Shown here piece after piece: positions 18,623 through 27,929 of a stretch of DNA of 64,000 nucleotides. A program made the translations under genes and the position numbers. The DNA is taken from the sequence record SRR22947727_2045. One strand, 5' to 3'. The notes beneath the pieces are model-generated. The model had not been told where the DNA came from and ran no database searches. It saw only the letters and a program-made list of their open reading frames with translations. Position 1 is the first letter of the stretch; every line of letters begins with the position of its first letter.

Positions 18623-20023
18623 GTGCGCGATCTCGACTCGATCATCAAGGCCTACGACGTCCGGGGAATTTACCCAGATCAGTTCGATGAGGCGCTCGCT
18701 CATGACGTCGGGGCCTCATTTGTCCGGGTCCTGGGAGTAGCGACAGCCCAGGGCGGTCCAGGAGCGGTTGTCATCGGACACGATATGCGTCCGTCCGGTC
18801 CCGACCTGGTGGCGAGCTTCGCCGACGGCGTTCGCGAGCAAGGCTGCGATGTGATTCTCATCGGGTTGTGTAGTACCGACGGCTTGTATTTCGCGTCGGG
18901 ATCGCTGGGGCTACCGGGAGCCATGTTCACGGCAAGCCACAATCCGGCCGAGTACAACGGGATCAAGCTGTGTCGAGTGGGCGCCGCACCAGTGGGGCAG
19001 GACACAGGGCTTGCCGACATTAAGCAGATGATTCGATCCGGCATCCCAGAATCCGATGAGACGATGGGTGAGGCCCGATCGCGTGACACGCTCGCCGATT
19101 ACGCCGGCTACCTTCGCAAACTCGTCGAGCTCTCGGGCATTCGCCCACTGACGGTTGTCGTGGACGCGGGGAACGGAATGGCAGGCTACACAGTGCCTGC
19201 GGTTCTGGGTGAGGAAGCTGGCCTCCCGGCCTTGCCGATGTCGATCGATCGCATGTACTTCGAACTCGACGGGACCTTCCCGAACCACGAAGCCAACCCG
19301 ATCGAGCCGAAGAACCTGGTCGACATTCAAGCCCGAGTCCGCAGCATCGGCGCTGATATCGGATTGGCGTTCGACGGTGACGCCGACCGATGCTTTGTTA
19401 TCGACGAGGGTGGTCGCATCGTCAACCCGTCGACCCTGACGGCCCTGATCGCCGCTCGAGAACTCCAGCGCAGCCCGGGATCGACGATTATTCACAACTT
19501 GATCACCTCGAAGGCCGTGCCGGAAGTCGTCTTCGAGTCTGGTGGTTCAGCGGTGAAGACGCGAGTAGGTCACTCCTTCATCAAGGCGACGATGGCCGAA
19601 ACGGACGCCATCTTCGGCGGTGAACACTCGGGCCACTTCTATTTCCGTGATTTCTGGCGTGCTGACTCGGGGATGCTCGCGGCGATGCACACTCTTGCTG
19701 CACTCGGGTCCACGCCGGAAGGGACGACCATCTCCTCTCTGCTGACCGAGTTCGAACGCTATGTGGCGTCGGGGGAGATAAACACGCCGGTGGAGGATCA
19801 GTCAGCGATGATGGAGCTGATCGAGGCGACCTTCACCGGAAACAACGATGTCACCACCGACCACATGGATGGGCTGACCGTCGATGGTGGCCAGTGGTGG
19901 TTCAACGTCCGACCGAGCAACACGGAGCCGTTGTTGCGCTTGAATGTGGAGGCGCGAGAGGCGGACACAATGGAAACACTGCGGGATGAAGTTCTCGCAC
20001 TCATGAGGGGTGGAGCTACGTGA
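18623..20023 (+). CDS. manB: Phosphomannomutase/phosphoglucomutase
   Basis: KAYDVRG, TASHNP, FDGDADR, GGEHSGH and VRPSNTEP motifs. Confidence 0.93.
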   Translation: MRDLDSIIKAYDVRGIYPDQFDEALAHDVGASFVRVLGVATAQGGPGAVVIGHDMRPSGPDLVASFADGVREQGCDVILIGLCSTDGLYFASGSLGLPGAMFTASHNPAEYNGIKLCRVGAAPVGQDTGLADIKQMIRSGIPESDETMGEARSRDTLADYAGYLRKLVELSGIRPLTVVVDAGNGMAGYTVPAVLGEEAGLPALPMSIDRMYFELDGTFPNHEANPIEPKNLVDIQARVRSIGADIGLAFDGDADRCFVIDEGGRIVNPSTLTALIAARELQRSPGSTIIHNLITSKAVPEVVFESGGSAVKTRVGHSFIKATMAETDAIFGGEHSGHFYFRDFWRADSGMLAAMHTLAALGSTPEGTTISSLLTEFERYVASGEINTPVEDQSAMMELIEATFTGNNDVTTDHMDGLTVDGGQWWFNVRPSNTEPLLRLNVEAREADTMETLRDEVLALMRGGAT

Positions 20024-20241
20024 GTCAGTACCCGAACTCACCGCTGGGTTTGTCTCCGCATTTGTGGGACGTGCTCGCCTGCCCGTGCGAGAAGCACGCT
20101 GCGGTCGAGGCCGACGAGGAAGCATCCGAAATCGTGTGTTCTGAGTGCTCCCGACGCTTCCCGGTGCGAGACGGAATTCCGGTCATGTTGATGGACCAGG
20201 ACGGTGCGGTCACCCACGAGTCGGACCCCGCTTCCGCGTGA
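20020..20241 (+). CDS. Trm112 family protein
   Basis: L.DVLACPC...C..C.RRFPVRDGIPVML. Confidence 0.85.
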   Translation: MSQYPNSPLGLSPHLWDVLACPCEKHAAVEADEEASEIVCSECSRRFPVRDGIPVMLMDQDGAVTHESDPASA

Positions 20242-21359
20242 TGTTCTCGATTCGAGGCGATGTCAAGGATTACGACTGGGGAATCCTCGACGGCCTCACG
20301 CCGTGGACTCAGGATTCCTCCGGCGCCCCGCAGGCCGAACTGTGGTTCGGCGTGCACCCGAGTGGACCGTCACCGATAGACGCGGTGGTTCACGAAGGCG
20401 AGACGGCTAGCCCGACCGAAAATCTGGCCGACCACCTCACCCGAGAGCAGGCCCCCGTTCTCGCGAAGATCCTCGCGGCGGGTCGACCGCTGTCCGTGCA
20501 GGTGCATCCGAACGCGCGCGAAGCGAAGCGCATGTGGGACCAGCAGCAGATCGCAGGCCCGACCGTCCTGGCGGACGCCTACGAGAAGGCGGAAGTTCTG
20601 GTTGCCCTCGAACCCTTCGATGCTTTTGTCGGATGGCGCCCGACTTCCGATGCGGCAGAGGTAATCGAGCGCGTCGACGGACTGGCACTGGCGGCCGCGG
20701 CCTTGCACGCTGAAGACCGGGTGGCCGCAATTCAGTTGATCCATGAGCAGCAGCTGCAGGCGCAGGCACTCGTGGCCCAGCTCCCCGAAGCGATCGATCG
20801 AGCGAATGATGCGGGGTCGATGACGCGGGTGATGAGCGAAGCGGAGATCGCGGCCTACCGGCAGGCGGCAGAAAACTTTCCCGCTGATATCGGTGTGCTG
20901 ATGACGCCGCTACTGGATTTCGTCACCTTGCTGCCGGGCGATTCGGTGTACTTGGCGCCCGGCATTCCGCACAGTTACGTGCGAGGAATCGGCTTCGAAG
21001 TCATGACGAGTTCGGACAACGTGCTACGTCTCGGACTCACCAATAAGCCGGTGTTCGTCGATCGTGCCCTGGACATTCTTGATTTCGACGCTGACCCGCA
21101 ATTCATTCACGGCTCGGCCTCCATCGCTCCGGTGGGAGCAGATTTTCGACTGGAAGTGGTCACTGCCGGATCAGCACCGTTGGCAGCGGGGGAGTACCGG
21201 CTCGTGGTGGCGATCGCCGGCGGCGTCGTGGTGGCGGTTGACGGGCAGACGCGAAAGGCCGCCCAGGGGTCGGGAGTGGTGGTGACCGCGGGAGAGCCCG
21301 ACGCCGTCGTGTCTGCGCAGGGCATGGCGATAGCCGTCATGGCCCCGGCCGCCCCCTGA
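20241..21359 (+). CDS. manA: Mannose-6-phosphate isomerase, class I
   Basis: YDWG, AELWFGVHP, KILAA..PLSVQVHP, PHSYVRG and EVMTSSDNVLRLGLT motifs. The start may be GTG 20238. Confidence 0.9.
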   Translation: MFSIRGDVKDYDWGILDGLTPWTQDSSGAPQAELWFGVHPSGPSPIDAVVHEGETASPTENLADHLTREQAPVLAKILAAGRPLSVQVHPNAREAKRMWDQQQIAGPTVLADAYEKAEVLVALEPFDAFVGWRPTSDAAEVIERVDGLALAAAALHAEDRVAAIQLIHEQQLQAQALVAQLPEAIDRANDAGSMTRVMSEAEIAAYRQAAENFPADIGVLMTPLLDFVTLLPGDSVYLAPGIPHSYVRGIGFEVMTSSDNVLRLGLTNKPVFVDRALDILDFDADPQFIHGSASIAPVGADFRLEVVTAGSAPLAAGEYRLVVAIAGGVVVAVDGQTRKAAQGSGVVVTAGEPDAVVSAQGMAIAVMAPAAP

Positions 21360-21408
21360 GCGAGTCCCGACGCGCGGTGACGGGCCAGTCGTGGCAAACT
21401 TGCCCCGT

Positions 21409-21476
21409 CGCCGATGGTCCGGAGCCCTGGTTCCCGTCGAGACGCTCCCGTCGGCGTGGCATTCGAAATAGGGCCC
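21409..21476 (+). promoter_or_regulatory. Candidate structured 5' leader (possible SAH-riboswitch-like element) of ahcY
   Basis: 9-bp stem 21409-21417/21448-21456. GGAGCCCT can pair either with GCTC (21444-21447) or with AGGGCCC (21470-21476). Confidence 0.35.
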
Positions 21477-21521
21477 GCAGTCGTGAGCACCAAATATGAA
21501 ACATCGACAAACGGAGAAAGA

Positions 21522-22976
21522 ATGTCCCTGACCAAAGCTGACGGCACTCCCGACTACAAGGTTGCCGACCTATCCCTCGCGGAATTCGGACGCGATGAGA
21601 TTCGCCTGGCCGAGCATGAGATGCCCGGGTTGATGGCAATGCGCAAGGAATACGGCGATTCCAAGCCGCTCTCCGGGGCGCGCGTCACTGGATCGCTCCA
21701 CATGACCATCCAGACGGCAGTTCTCATTGAGACGCTGGGGGCGCTTGGCGCCGAAGTTCGCTGGGCGTCCTGCAATATCTTTTCCACCCAGGACCACGCC
21801 GCGGCCGCGGTTGTTGTGGGGCCGAACGGTTCGCCAGAGGACCCGCAGGGGATCCCTGTCTACGCCTGGAAGGGCGAGACGCTCGAGGAGTACTGGTGGT
21901 GCACCGAGCAGGTTCTCGACTGGCCCAACGGTGGACCGAACATGATCCTCGACGACGGAGGTGACGCCACGCTGCTCGTGCACAAGGGTGCGGAGTTCGA
22001 GAAGGCCGGCGTCGTTCCCTCGACCGACGAGAGTGATTCACAGGAGTACCGGGTCATCCTGCACACGCTGCGGGAATCGCTCGCCAACTCAACCGACCGC
22101 TTCACGAAGATCGCGGCTGGCATCACGGGAGTGACCGAGGAGACCACCACGGGCGTCTTGCGCTTGTACGACATGCAAAGGGACGGCTCGCTGCTGTTCC
22201 CGGCCATCAACGTGAACGACTCGGTGACCAAGAGCAAGTTCGACAACAAGTACGGCTGCCGCCACTCGTTGGTCGATGGGATCAACCGTGCAACTGACAC
22301 GCTCATCGGCGGCAAGGTCGCCGTGGTGTTCGGTTACGGCGACGTCGGTAAGGGTTCTGCAGACTCGCTGCGGGGCCAGGGGGCTCGCGTGATCGTCACG
22401 GAGGTCGACCCCATCTGTGCTCTCCAGGCCGCCATGGACGGCTACCAGGTGGCAAGGCTCGAAGACGTGATCGGCGTTGCAGATATTTTCATCACGGCCA
22501 CGGGCTGCTTCGACGTCATCACCGCTGATGACATGCAAAACATGAAGCACCAGGCGATCGTCGGCAACATCGGGCACTTCGACAACGAAATCGATATGGC
22601 GGGCCTCGCTGCTCTGCCGGACGTCACGCGCAAGACGATCAAGCCGCAGGTCGATGAATGGACCTTTGCCGATGGCCGCAGCATCATCGTGCTGTCCGAG
22701 GGTCGGTTGCTGAACCTCGGCAATGCCACCGGGCACCCGTCGTTCGTGATGAGCAACTCGTTCACGAACCAGGTGCTCGCTCAGATCGAACTGTTCACCA
22801 AGCGTGACGAATACCCGATCGGCGTGTACACGCTGCCCAAGCAGCTCGACGAGAAGGTGGCGCGCCTGCACCTTGATGCGCTCGGCGTGCGCCTGACCGA
22901 GTTGGACAAGCAGCAGGCGGAGTATCTCGGTGTGGACGTTGCCGGGCCCTACAAGCCGGACCACTACCGCTACTAG
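21522..22976 (+). CDS. ahcY: Adenosylhomocysteinase
   Basis: [53 protein letters not shown] and GHPSFVMS motifs. Confidence 0.98.
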   Translation: MSLTKADGTPDYKVADLSLAEFGRDEIRLAEHEMPGLMAMRKEYGDSKPLSGARVTGSLHMTIQTAVLIETLGALGAEVRWASCNIFSTQDHAAAAVVVGPNGSPEDPQGIPVYAWKGETLEEYWWCTEQVLDWPNGGPNMILDDGGDATLLVHKGAEFEKAGVVPSTDESDSQEYRVILHTLRESLANSTDRFTKIAAGITGVTEETTTGVLRLYDMQRDGSLLFPAINVNDSVTKSKFDNKYGCRHSLVDGINRATDTLIGGKVAVVFGYGDVGKGSADSLRGQGARVIVTEVDPICALQAAMDGYQVARLEDVIGVADIFITATGCFDVITADDMQNMKHQAIVGNIGHFDNEIDMAGLAALPDVTRKTIKPQVDEWTFADGRSIIVLSEGRLLNLGNATGHPSFVMSNSFTNQVLAQIELFTKRDEYPIGVYTLPKQLDEKVARLHLDALGVRLTELDKQQAEYLGVDVAGPYKPDHYRY

Positions 22977-23002
22977 GTCGACTTCGACCGCACAACCTCC
23001 CG

Positions 23003-23040
23003 CGTCGGGGCCGCACCGTGGTGCGGCCCCGACGTTTGTC
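23003..23040 (+). terminator. Intrinsic terminator after ahcY (possibly bidirectional)
   Basis: Perfect 14-bp stem CGTCGGGGCCGCAC/GTGCGGCCCCGACG followed by TTTGTC, between convergent genes. Confidence 0.85.
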
Positions 23041-23070
23041 TAAGCAAGCGAGTTATCCGACCGGGTCCGG

Positions 23071-24006
23071 CTAGGGCAGGTCGTGGGGGTTGACCAGCGC
23101 TCGGGCCAACCATTCCTCGCGCGCAGCGAATTCCTCGATTGCCGACGGCGCGGATATCGACGTGAACGCGACGGTCGCGGTAACGATGAGGTCCGCCATG
23201 AAGTCCAGATGGGCGCTCGCGATGACTCCGATCACGGGGTAGCCGCCGGTCAAGCCGCCGTCGGGGCCGAGGACGATGACGGTGCCATCGTCGAGAAGTT
23301 GGATCGCACCGGGCGCGACTGGCATGCTCTGGATGGGGTCCGATGCGGGGATGTGCGGGCCGCTCAGACGTAGTCCCGAGCGCGCACAGTCATCGACCTG
23401 CCAGGCACCGGCGCACAGGGATTCGACTTTGTTGTGATCGAAGGCCACCACCGCTATCTCGCCCGGTGCCGACTCCTCGGTACGCACGAAGCACCCAACG
23501 CGATCGTCCTGGCTGCTGGCGGAGCCCATAAGCACCTCACCTGGGGATAGTGGCGAGCCATCTCCCCTCGGACCGCCAAGGTGCGAGAAGGAGTCGGTTG
23601 CGGCGGATTTCAGAATGGTGCGGGGTTGCCAGCCGGAGAGTGCCACGTATGCCGGTCCGGGTCCTCGGTGATGAATGGTCACCGTTGTTGCGGGCGGGAC
23701 GTCGACCGCCACGGCGTGTGGCGCCCGATGACTGTCAACAGTCAGATCCGCCGGGCCGACCAGCGCCAACGTTTGCCTCTGGTGGATGGTGAGCGTCAGC
23801 TCCGAACCGAGGATTTCTAGCGTTGGATGAGGGCCGTCGAGGGTGCCGTGGACGAGTGCGTGAGCGAGACGGTGTCGTCCTTGATTCCATGCGCCTGACC
23901 GTGGGACGCCGATGTCGGTGAATCCCTCTCGACCTGCATCTTGAACGGTGGCGAGCCCGACGGCGTCGATCGTGGCGATAGGCACATCCGCGAGCGACGA
24001 CGTCAT
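23071..24006 (-). CDS. pxpC: 5-oxoprolinase subunit C
   Basis: TVQDAGR.G...GVPRSGA, RSGLRL, GAIQL..DG and PDG..TGGYPVIG motifs. Confidence 0.85.
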   Translation of the reverse strand: MTSSLADVPIATIDAVGLATVQDAGREGFTDIGVPRSGAWNQGRHRLAHALVHGTLDGPHPTLEILGSELTLTIHQRQTLALVGPADLTVDSHRAPHAVAVDVPPATTVTIHHRGPGPAYVALSGWQPRTILKSAATDSFSHLGGPRGDGSPLSPGEVLMGSASSQDDRVGCFVRTEESAPGEIAVVAFDHNKVESLCAGAWQVDDCARSGLRLSGPHIPASDPIQSMPVAPGAIQLLDDGTVIVLGPDGGLTGGYPVIGVIASAHLDFMADLIVTATVAFTSISAPSAIEEFAAREEWLARALVNPHDLP

Positions 24007-24668
24007 GGCGTGGGCTCGTGGTTGATCGCAGCGAAGCGCACGCTGGCACCGGGTATGAGAAGGGTCGGTCGGCTGTCGTTGTGGGGATCGAAAAGTATGC
24101 GCCGGCTGGTGCCGATGAGGTGCCAGCCCCCGGGGGAGGACGTCGGGTAGATGGCGCTCATTCCGGCTGCAAGGGCCACACTGCCCGGGGGAACCGTCGC
24201 TCGAGGCGTCGTTCGTCTCGGCAGGGAGGACCAGGGCAGGAGGGGAGCCTCGATCGGTTCGAGATAGCCGAACCCGGGAGCGAAGCCCATCATTGCCACG
24301 CGCCACCGCTGCGAGGTGTGTGCCTGGACCAATGCGGTGTCGGAGACACCGAAGAAGGTCGCGGTAGGCAAGAGATCGGGTCCGTCGTAGGCCACGTCGA
24401 TCGAGATGGTCGCATCAGCTGCGGGCGCCTCCGAGGGCTCCGATGCTTCCCGTGATTCGTCGACGGAGGCAAGAACTCGTCGAACGTCGGCAAATAGATT
24501 GATGTCGGGTCTGGGCAGTTCGACCATGAGCGACGAGATGCCTCGACGGACGACGGCTTCGGGCAATGCTCGCATCACGATTGTCGCGACCAACTCGCGA
24601 TCGAGTGGCGACGCAACGTCGATAACGACAGCACGATCGCCGAACCACGCGGTCTTGTGCGTGGTCAC
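24003..24668 (-). CDS. pxpB: 5-oxoprolinase subunit B
   Basis: YDGPDL, GFAPGFGYL, PR..VPPGSVALAA and YP.SSPGGWHLIG motifs. Confidence 0.88.
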   Translation of the reverse strand: MTTHKTAWFGDRAVVIDVASPLDRELVATIVMRALPEAVVRRGISSLMVELPRPDINLFADVRRVLASVDESREASEPSEAPAADATISIDVAYDGPDLLPTATFFGVSDTALVQAHTSQRWRVAMMGFAPGFGYLEPIEAPLLPWSSLPRRTTPRATVPPGSVALAAGMSAIYPTSSPGGWHLIGTSRRILFDPHNDSRPTLLIPGASVRFAAINHEPTP

Positions 24669-24694
24669 GCTGCCACCCGGATCACGACACCGAC

Positions 24695-25468
24695 CTACGT
24701 GTCAACATTAGCGATGGGAGTAATGGTGACCCCGCGGGCGATGAGTTCTGTGCGAACGGCACCCGCCATTGCCGCGGCTTCGGGGGAGTCTCCGTGCACA
24801 CACAGGGTTTGGGCTGTCAGGTCGATGACGGTGCCATCGATCGTGTCGACCTGTCCGTTGAGTGCGATGCTGAGAGCTTGTGACACTGCCACCGGTAGGT
24901 CGTCGTGCACGGCTCCCGCCTGGGAACGGGGCACGAGCGTTCCGTCGGTGTTGTAGGCCCGATCGACGAAGGCCTCAGCGACAAAGCGAATATTGGACGC
25001 CTCGGCAACGTCCTGCAAGCGCGATCCCGCCGCCCCCGTGACGTAGAGATCGACTTCGATTTCGGTGGAGACTTTTGTGACTGCAGCGATGAAGGATTCG
25101 GCGATGGCATCCTCGTTGGTGGCATCGTGGTAGAGCGCTCCGTGTGCCTTGACGTGGGTGAGCGAGGTTCCTGCAACCGAGCAGGCCGCCGCCACCGCAC
25201 GGATCTGGTGTCGAAGAACATCGGTCAGGTGGGTGACCTCGTACTCGTCTTTGATAGACACGCGACCGAAATTCGCTCGGTCCGGGTACGAGGGGTGTGC
25301 CCCAACGGCGACGTTTCGACGCGCACATTGCTCGACCGTCGAGCGCAAGACCTCGTCTCCGCCCGCGTGACCGCCGGCTGCGACGTTCGCCGATGTGACG
25401 ACATCGAGGAGGGCTGCGTCGTTGCCGCATTCCTCGCCGACGTCCGCGTTCAGATCAATGATCGGCAT
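24695..25468 (-). CDS. pxpA: 5-oxoprolinase subunit A (LamB/YcsF)
   Basis: IDLNADVGE, SANVA.G.HAG, GAHPSYPDR..FGR, HVKAHGALY, EAFVDRAY and TLCVHGD motifs. Confidence 0.92.
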   Translation of the reverse strand: MPIIDLNADVGEECGNDAALLDVVTSANVAAGGHAGGDEVLRSTVEQCARRNVAVGAHPSYPDRANFGRVSIKDEYEVTHLTDVLRHQIRAVAAACSVAGTSLTHVKAHGALYHDATNEDAIAESFIAAVTKVSTEIEVDLYVTGAAGSRLQDVAEASNIRFVAEAFVDRAYNTDGTLVPRSQAGAVHDDLPVAVSQALSIALNGQVDTIDGTVIDLTAQTLCVHGDSPEAAAMAGAVRTELIARGVTITPIANVDT

Positions 25469-25491
25469 GCACGCGAGCCTAGGTGACGGTT

Positions 25492-25896
25492 TTAGGTGGG
25501 CAACAGTTCGTCTATCAGCGCCTGGACTCGTGTCTTGATCTCGTCTCGGATAGGTCGAACCGAGTCCACTCCTTTGCCGGCCGGATCGTCGAGCTCCCAG
25601 TCCTCGTAGCGCTTACCCGGAAAGACCGGGCAGGTGTCTCCGCATCCCATGGTGATGACAACGTCGGAGGCCTGAACAGCGTCGGTGGTGAGCACCTTCG
25701 GAGTCTGAGAGCTGATGTCGATGCCTTCTTCGGCCATTGCCTCGACGGCGGCGGGATTCACGTGTTCCCCGGGGGCCGAGCCAGCGGAGCGAACCTCGAT
25801 GCCACCGCCCGACAGGTGCGCCAGGTAGGCCGCTGCCATCTGGGACCGGCCGGCGTTGTGCACGCAGACGAAGAGGACGGAGGGCTTGTCGGACAT
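25492..25896 (-). CDS. arsC: Arsenate reductase (LMW-PTP fold)
   Basis: VLFVCVHNAGRSQMA, ITMGCGDTCP and DWELDDPAG motifs. Confidence 0.92.
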   Translation of the reverse strand: MSDKPSVLFVCVHNAGRSQMAAAYLAHLSGGGIEVRSAGSAPGEHVNPAAVEAMAEEGIDISSQTPKVLTTDAVQASDVVITMGCGDTCPVFPGKRYEDWELDDPAGKGVDSVRPIRDEIKTRVQALIDELLPT

Positions 25897-25897
25897 G

Positions 25898-26593
25898 TCA
25901 GCTTCTTTCGTGAACGGGTTGGGGTAGGTCGAGAGGTTCAGGATTCTTGCGGGGATAGAGGAGATCGGTGAGGAGCGATCCGATAGCGGCACCGATGAGT
26001 TGGAAGGCGATGAACGGCAGAACATCGCTGGGCGCGATGCCGGTGAATGTATCGGTCATCGATCGACCGATTGTCACGGCGGGGTTCGCAAAGGATGTCG
26101 ACGATGTGAAGAAGTAGGCGGCACCGATCCACGCTGGAACGAGTATCGGGCCGAGGTGCCCTCGACCGGTGCGCGTCAGGACCCCGATGATGGCGATCAG
26201 GCCGGCGGTTGCGACAACCTCTCCCAGCCAGATGGGAAAGCCGCTGCGGGCATTGGTAGAGGGGTCGAAAGCGGGTAGGTCGAACATGATGTTGGCGAGA
26301 GCGACCCCGCACAGCCCTCCGAGTATCTGGACAACGATGTAGCCGAGGCCTTCGAGGAGCCGGACTTCGCGTTTGACCAGCGTCACGGTGGTGACGGCGG
26401 GGTTGAAGTGGGCGCCGGAGATCGGTCCGAGCATCCAAATGAGCACGCCCAGAGCCAGAACAGTGCTCATCATGTTGAGGATCAAGATGACGGCCGCGTC
26501 GCCGGAGAGGGCGGATCCCATGATTCCGCTGCCCACGACGGCGGCGACGAGCATGGCGGTTCCGAGGTACTCGGCAAACAGGCGACGCACCAT
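25898..26593 (-). CDS. MIP/aquaglyceroporin, probable arsenite channel (AqpS-like)
   Basis: AEYLGT, SGAHFNPAVT and FTSSTSFANPAVT motifs. Lies between arsR and arsC. Confidence 0.88.
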   Translation of the reverse strand: MVRRLFAEYLGTAMLVAAVVGSGIMGSALSGDAAVILILNMMSTVLALGVLIWMLGPISGAHFNPAVTTVTLVKREVRLLEGLGYIVVQILGGLCGVALANIMFDLPAFDPSTNARSGFPIWLGEVVATAGLIAIIGVLTRTGRGHLGPILVPAWIGAAYFFTSSTSFANPAVTIGRSMTDTFTGIAPSDVLPFIAFQLIGAAIGSLLTDLLYPRKNPEPLDLPQPVHERS

Positions 26594-26610
26594 CGCGTCA
26601 CCTTGTCATC

Positions 26611-26632
26611 CATATAGATGTATGTCAATATG
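26611..26632. promoter_or_regulatory. Putative ArsR operator
   Basis: AT-rich imperfect palindrome CATATAGATGTATGTCAATATG between the divergent MIP and arsR genes. Confidence 0.65.
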
Positions 26633-26637
26633 CTCTC

Positions 26638-27027
26638 GTGCCTGTTGCCACGAGTTCGCCTCACACGCGACGCGAAGGTTGTTCGACGGTTCCAGGAGCC
26701 GGTCGGGTGACCAGCGGTCCGGCATGTTGTCCGGGCGGACTTGGAGCTCCGATCTCGCGGTCGACGGCGGAAGAACTGGCCTTGCTACTGAAAGCCGTAG
26801 CCGACCCCGCTCGTCTGCAGATACTCGCGCTTTTGCGATCGAAGCTCAATTGCGAAGCGTGCGTGTGCGACGTCACCGACGCTCTCGGGCTGTCACAGCC
26901 GACAGTGAGTCACCACTTGAAGGTCCTTGTCGGGGCCGGACTCGTCAGTACCGAGAAGCGTGGGTACTGGACGTGGTACCGAGTCCTGCCGACGCGACTG
27001 ACAGAACTATCGATGGTGCTTGCATAA
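26638..27027 (+). CDS. arsR: ArsR/SmtB family metalloregulator
   Basis: KAVADPARLQIL, EACVCD, LSQPTVSHHLKVL and EKRG.W..Y motifs; N-terminal CC. Start uncertain. Confidence 0.88.
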   Translation: MPVATSSPHTRREGCSTVPGAGRVTSGPACCPGGLGAPISRSTAEELALLLKAVADPARLQILALLRSKLNCEACVCDVTDALGLSQPTVSHHLKVLVGAGLVSTEKRGYWTWYRVLPTRLTELSMVLA

Positions 27028-27091
27028 CGTTCGCTGATCTCACGTCGGACGCAGCGTCGGCAATGTCGGGGGCAACCCGCACAATAGGTTC

Positions 27092-27925
27092 GTGATGAGT
27101 CCAGTGAACGACGGATCGACTGACGGACCAAACGACGGACCAAACGACGCATCTGTGGACGCTCGCCCAGACGGTCCAGGTTCTTATCCCGGGTGCCCAG
27201 CGACGGTCGCGGAGGCCATGTCGCGCGGTGAGGTTCTGCGCACCCCGCAGTGGGGGATTGGTTCAGCGGTCGTGTCCATCGTTGCCGCGATTGTTCTCGG
27301 GTTGGCGGCGGCGATTCCTCTGTTGCTGCTAGATGCGCCGCTGCCCATTACCGCCTTGGTGGGGACGGTGGTGCCCTGGATCGGCCTTGCCGGCTGGCCG
27401 CTGCTCGTCACCCGCCTTCGGGGCAACGGACCGCGCATCGATCTCGGCATTCGCCTCACCTGGAGCGATGTCGGTTGGGGAGTGGCCGCCGGTGTCGTGG
27501 GATTGATCTTGGCCGGCATCGTCGCTGTCATCACCCAGGCTATCGCCGGAGATTTCTCCTCAGCCGCCGGTGATATTGCTGGGGAGCTGCGAGAAGCGGG
27601 GCCTTTTTGGGCGTTGCTGGTATTCGCCATCATGGTGATGGTGGGGGCGCCGATCGTCGAGGAGCTCGCCTTCCGCGGGATGCTCTACAACTCGCTGCGC
27701 AAACGTGGCGTCGGAGCCGTGTGGACGATCGCGATCACCACGGTCGCGTTCTCCGCTTTCCACTTCGAACCGGTCCGATTCTTCCTCCTTTTGCCTATTG
27801 GAGTCGTCTACGGATGGGTGCGGTGGAAGACGGGGTCTCTAGGGGCTTCCATGGTCGCCCACGGGGTGAATAACACCCCGGCTGCCCTCGTTGTGCTCCT
27901 TGGGGTTCCCGAGGTGACACCATAG
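27092..27925 (+). CDS. CPBP (Abi/CAAX) family intramembrane metalloprotease
   Basis: APIVEELAFRG, FSAFH and SMVAHGVNN motifs; TM helices. Confidence 0.88.
   Translation: MMSPVNDGSTDGPNDGPNDASVDARPDGPGSYPGCPATVAEAMSRGEVLRTPQWGIGSAVVSIVAAIVLGLAAAIPLLLLDAPLPITALVGTVVPWIGLAGWPLLVTRLRGNGPRIDLGIRLTWSDVGWGVAAGVVGLILAGIVAVITQAIAGDFSSAAGDIAGELREAGPFWALLVFAIMVMVGAPIVEELAFRGMLYNSLRKRGVGAVWTIAITTVAFSAFHFEPVRFFLLLPIGVVYGWVRWKTGSLGASMVAHGVNNTPAALVVLLGVPEVTP
27110..27157 (+). repeat. 12-bp tandem repeat (GACGGACCAAAC-like, 4 units)
   Basis: Encodes DGST DGPN DGPN DASV at the CPBP N-terminus. Confidence 0.75.
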
Positions 27926-27929
27926 GGCT

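Noticed and set aside
23071..27925. Mobile genomic island between ahcY and mtrA
   Set aside because: No integrase, transposase, tRNA or flanking direct repeats are visible; treated as ordinary gene insertion.
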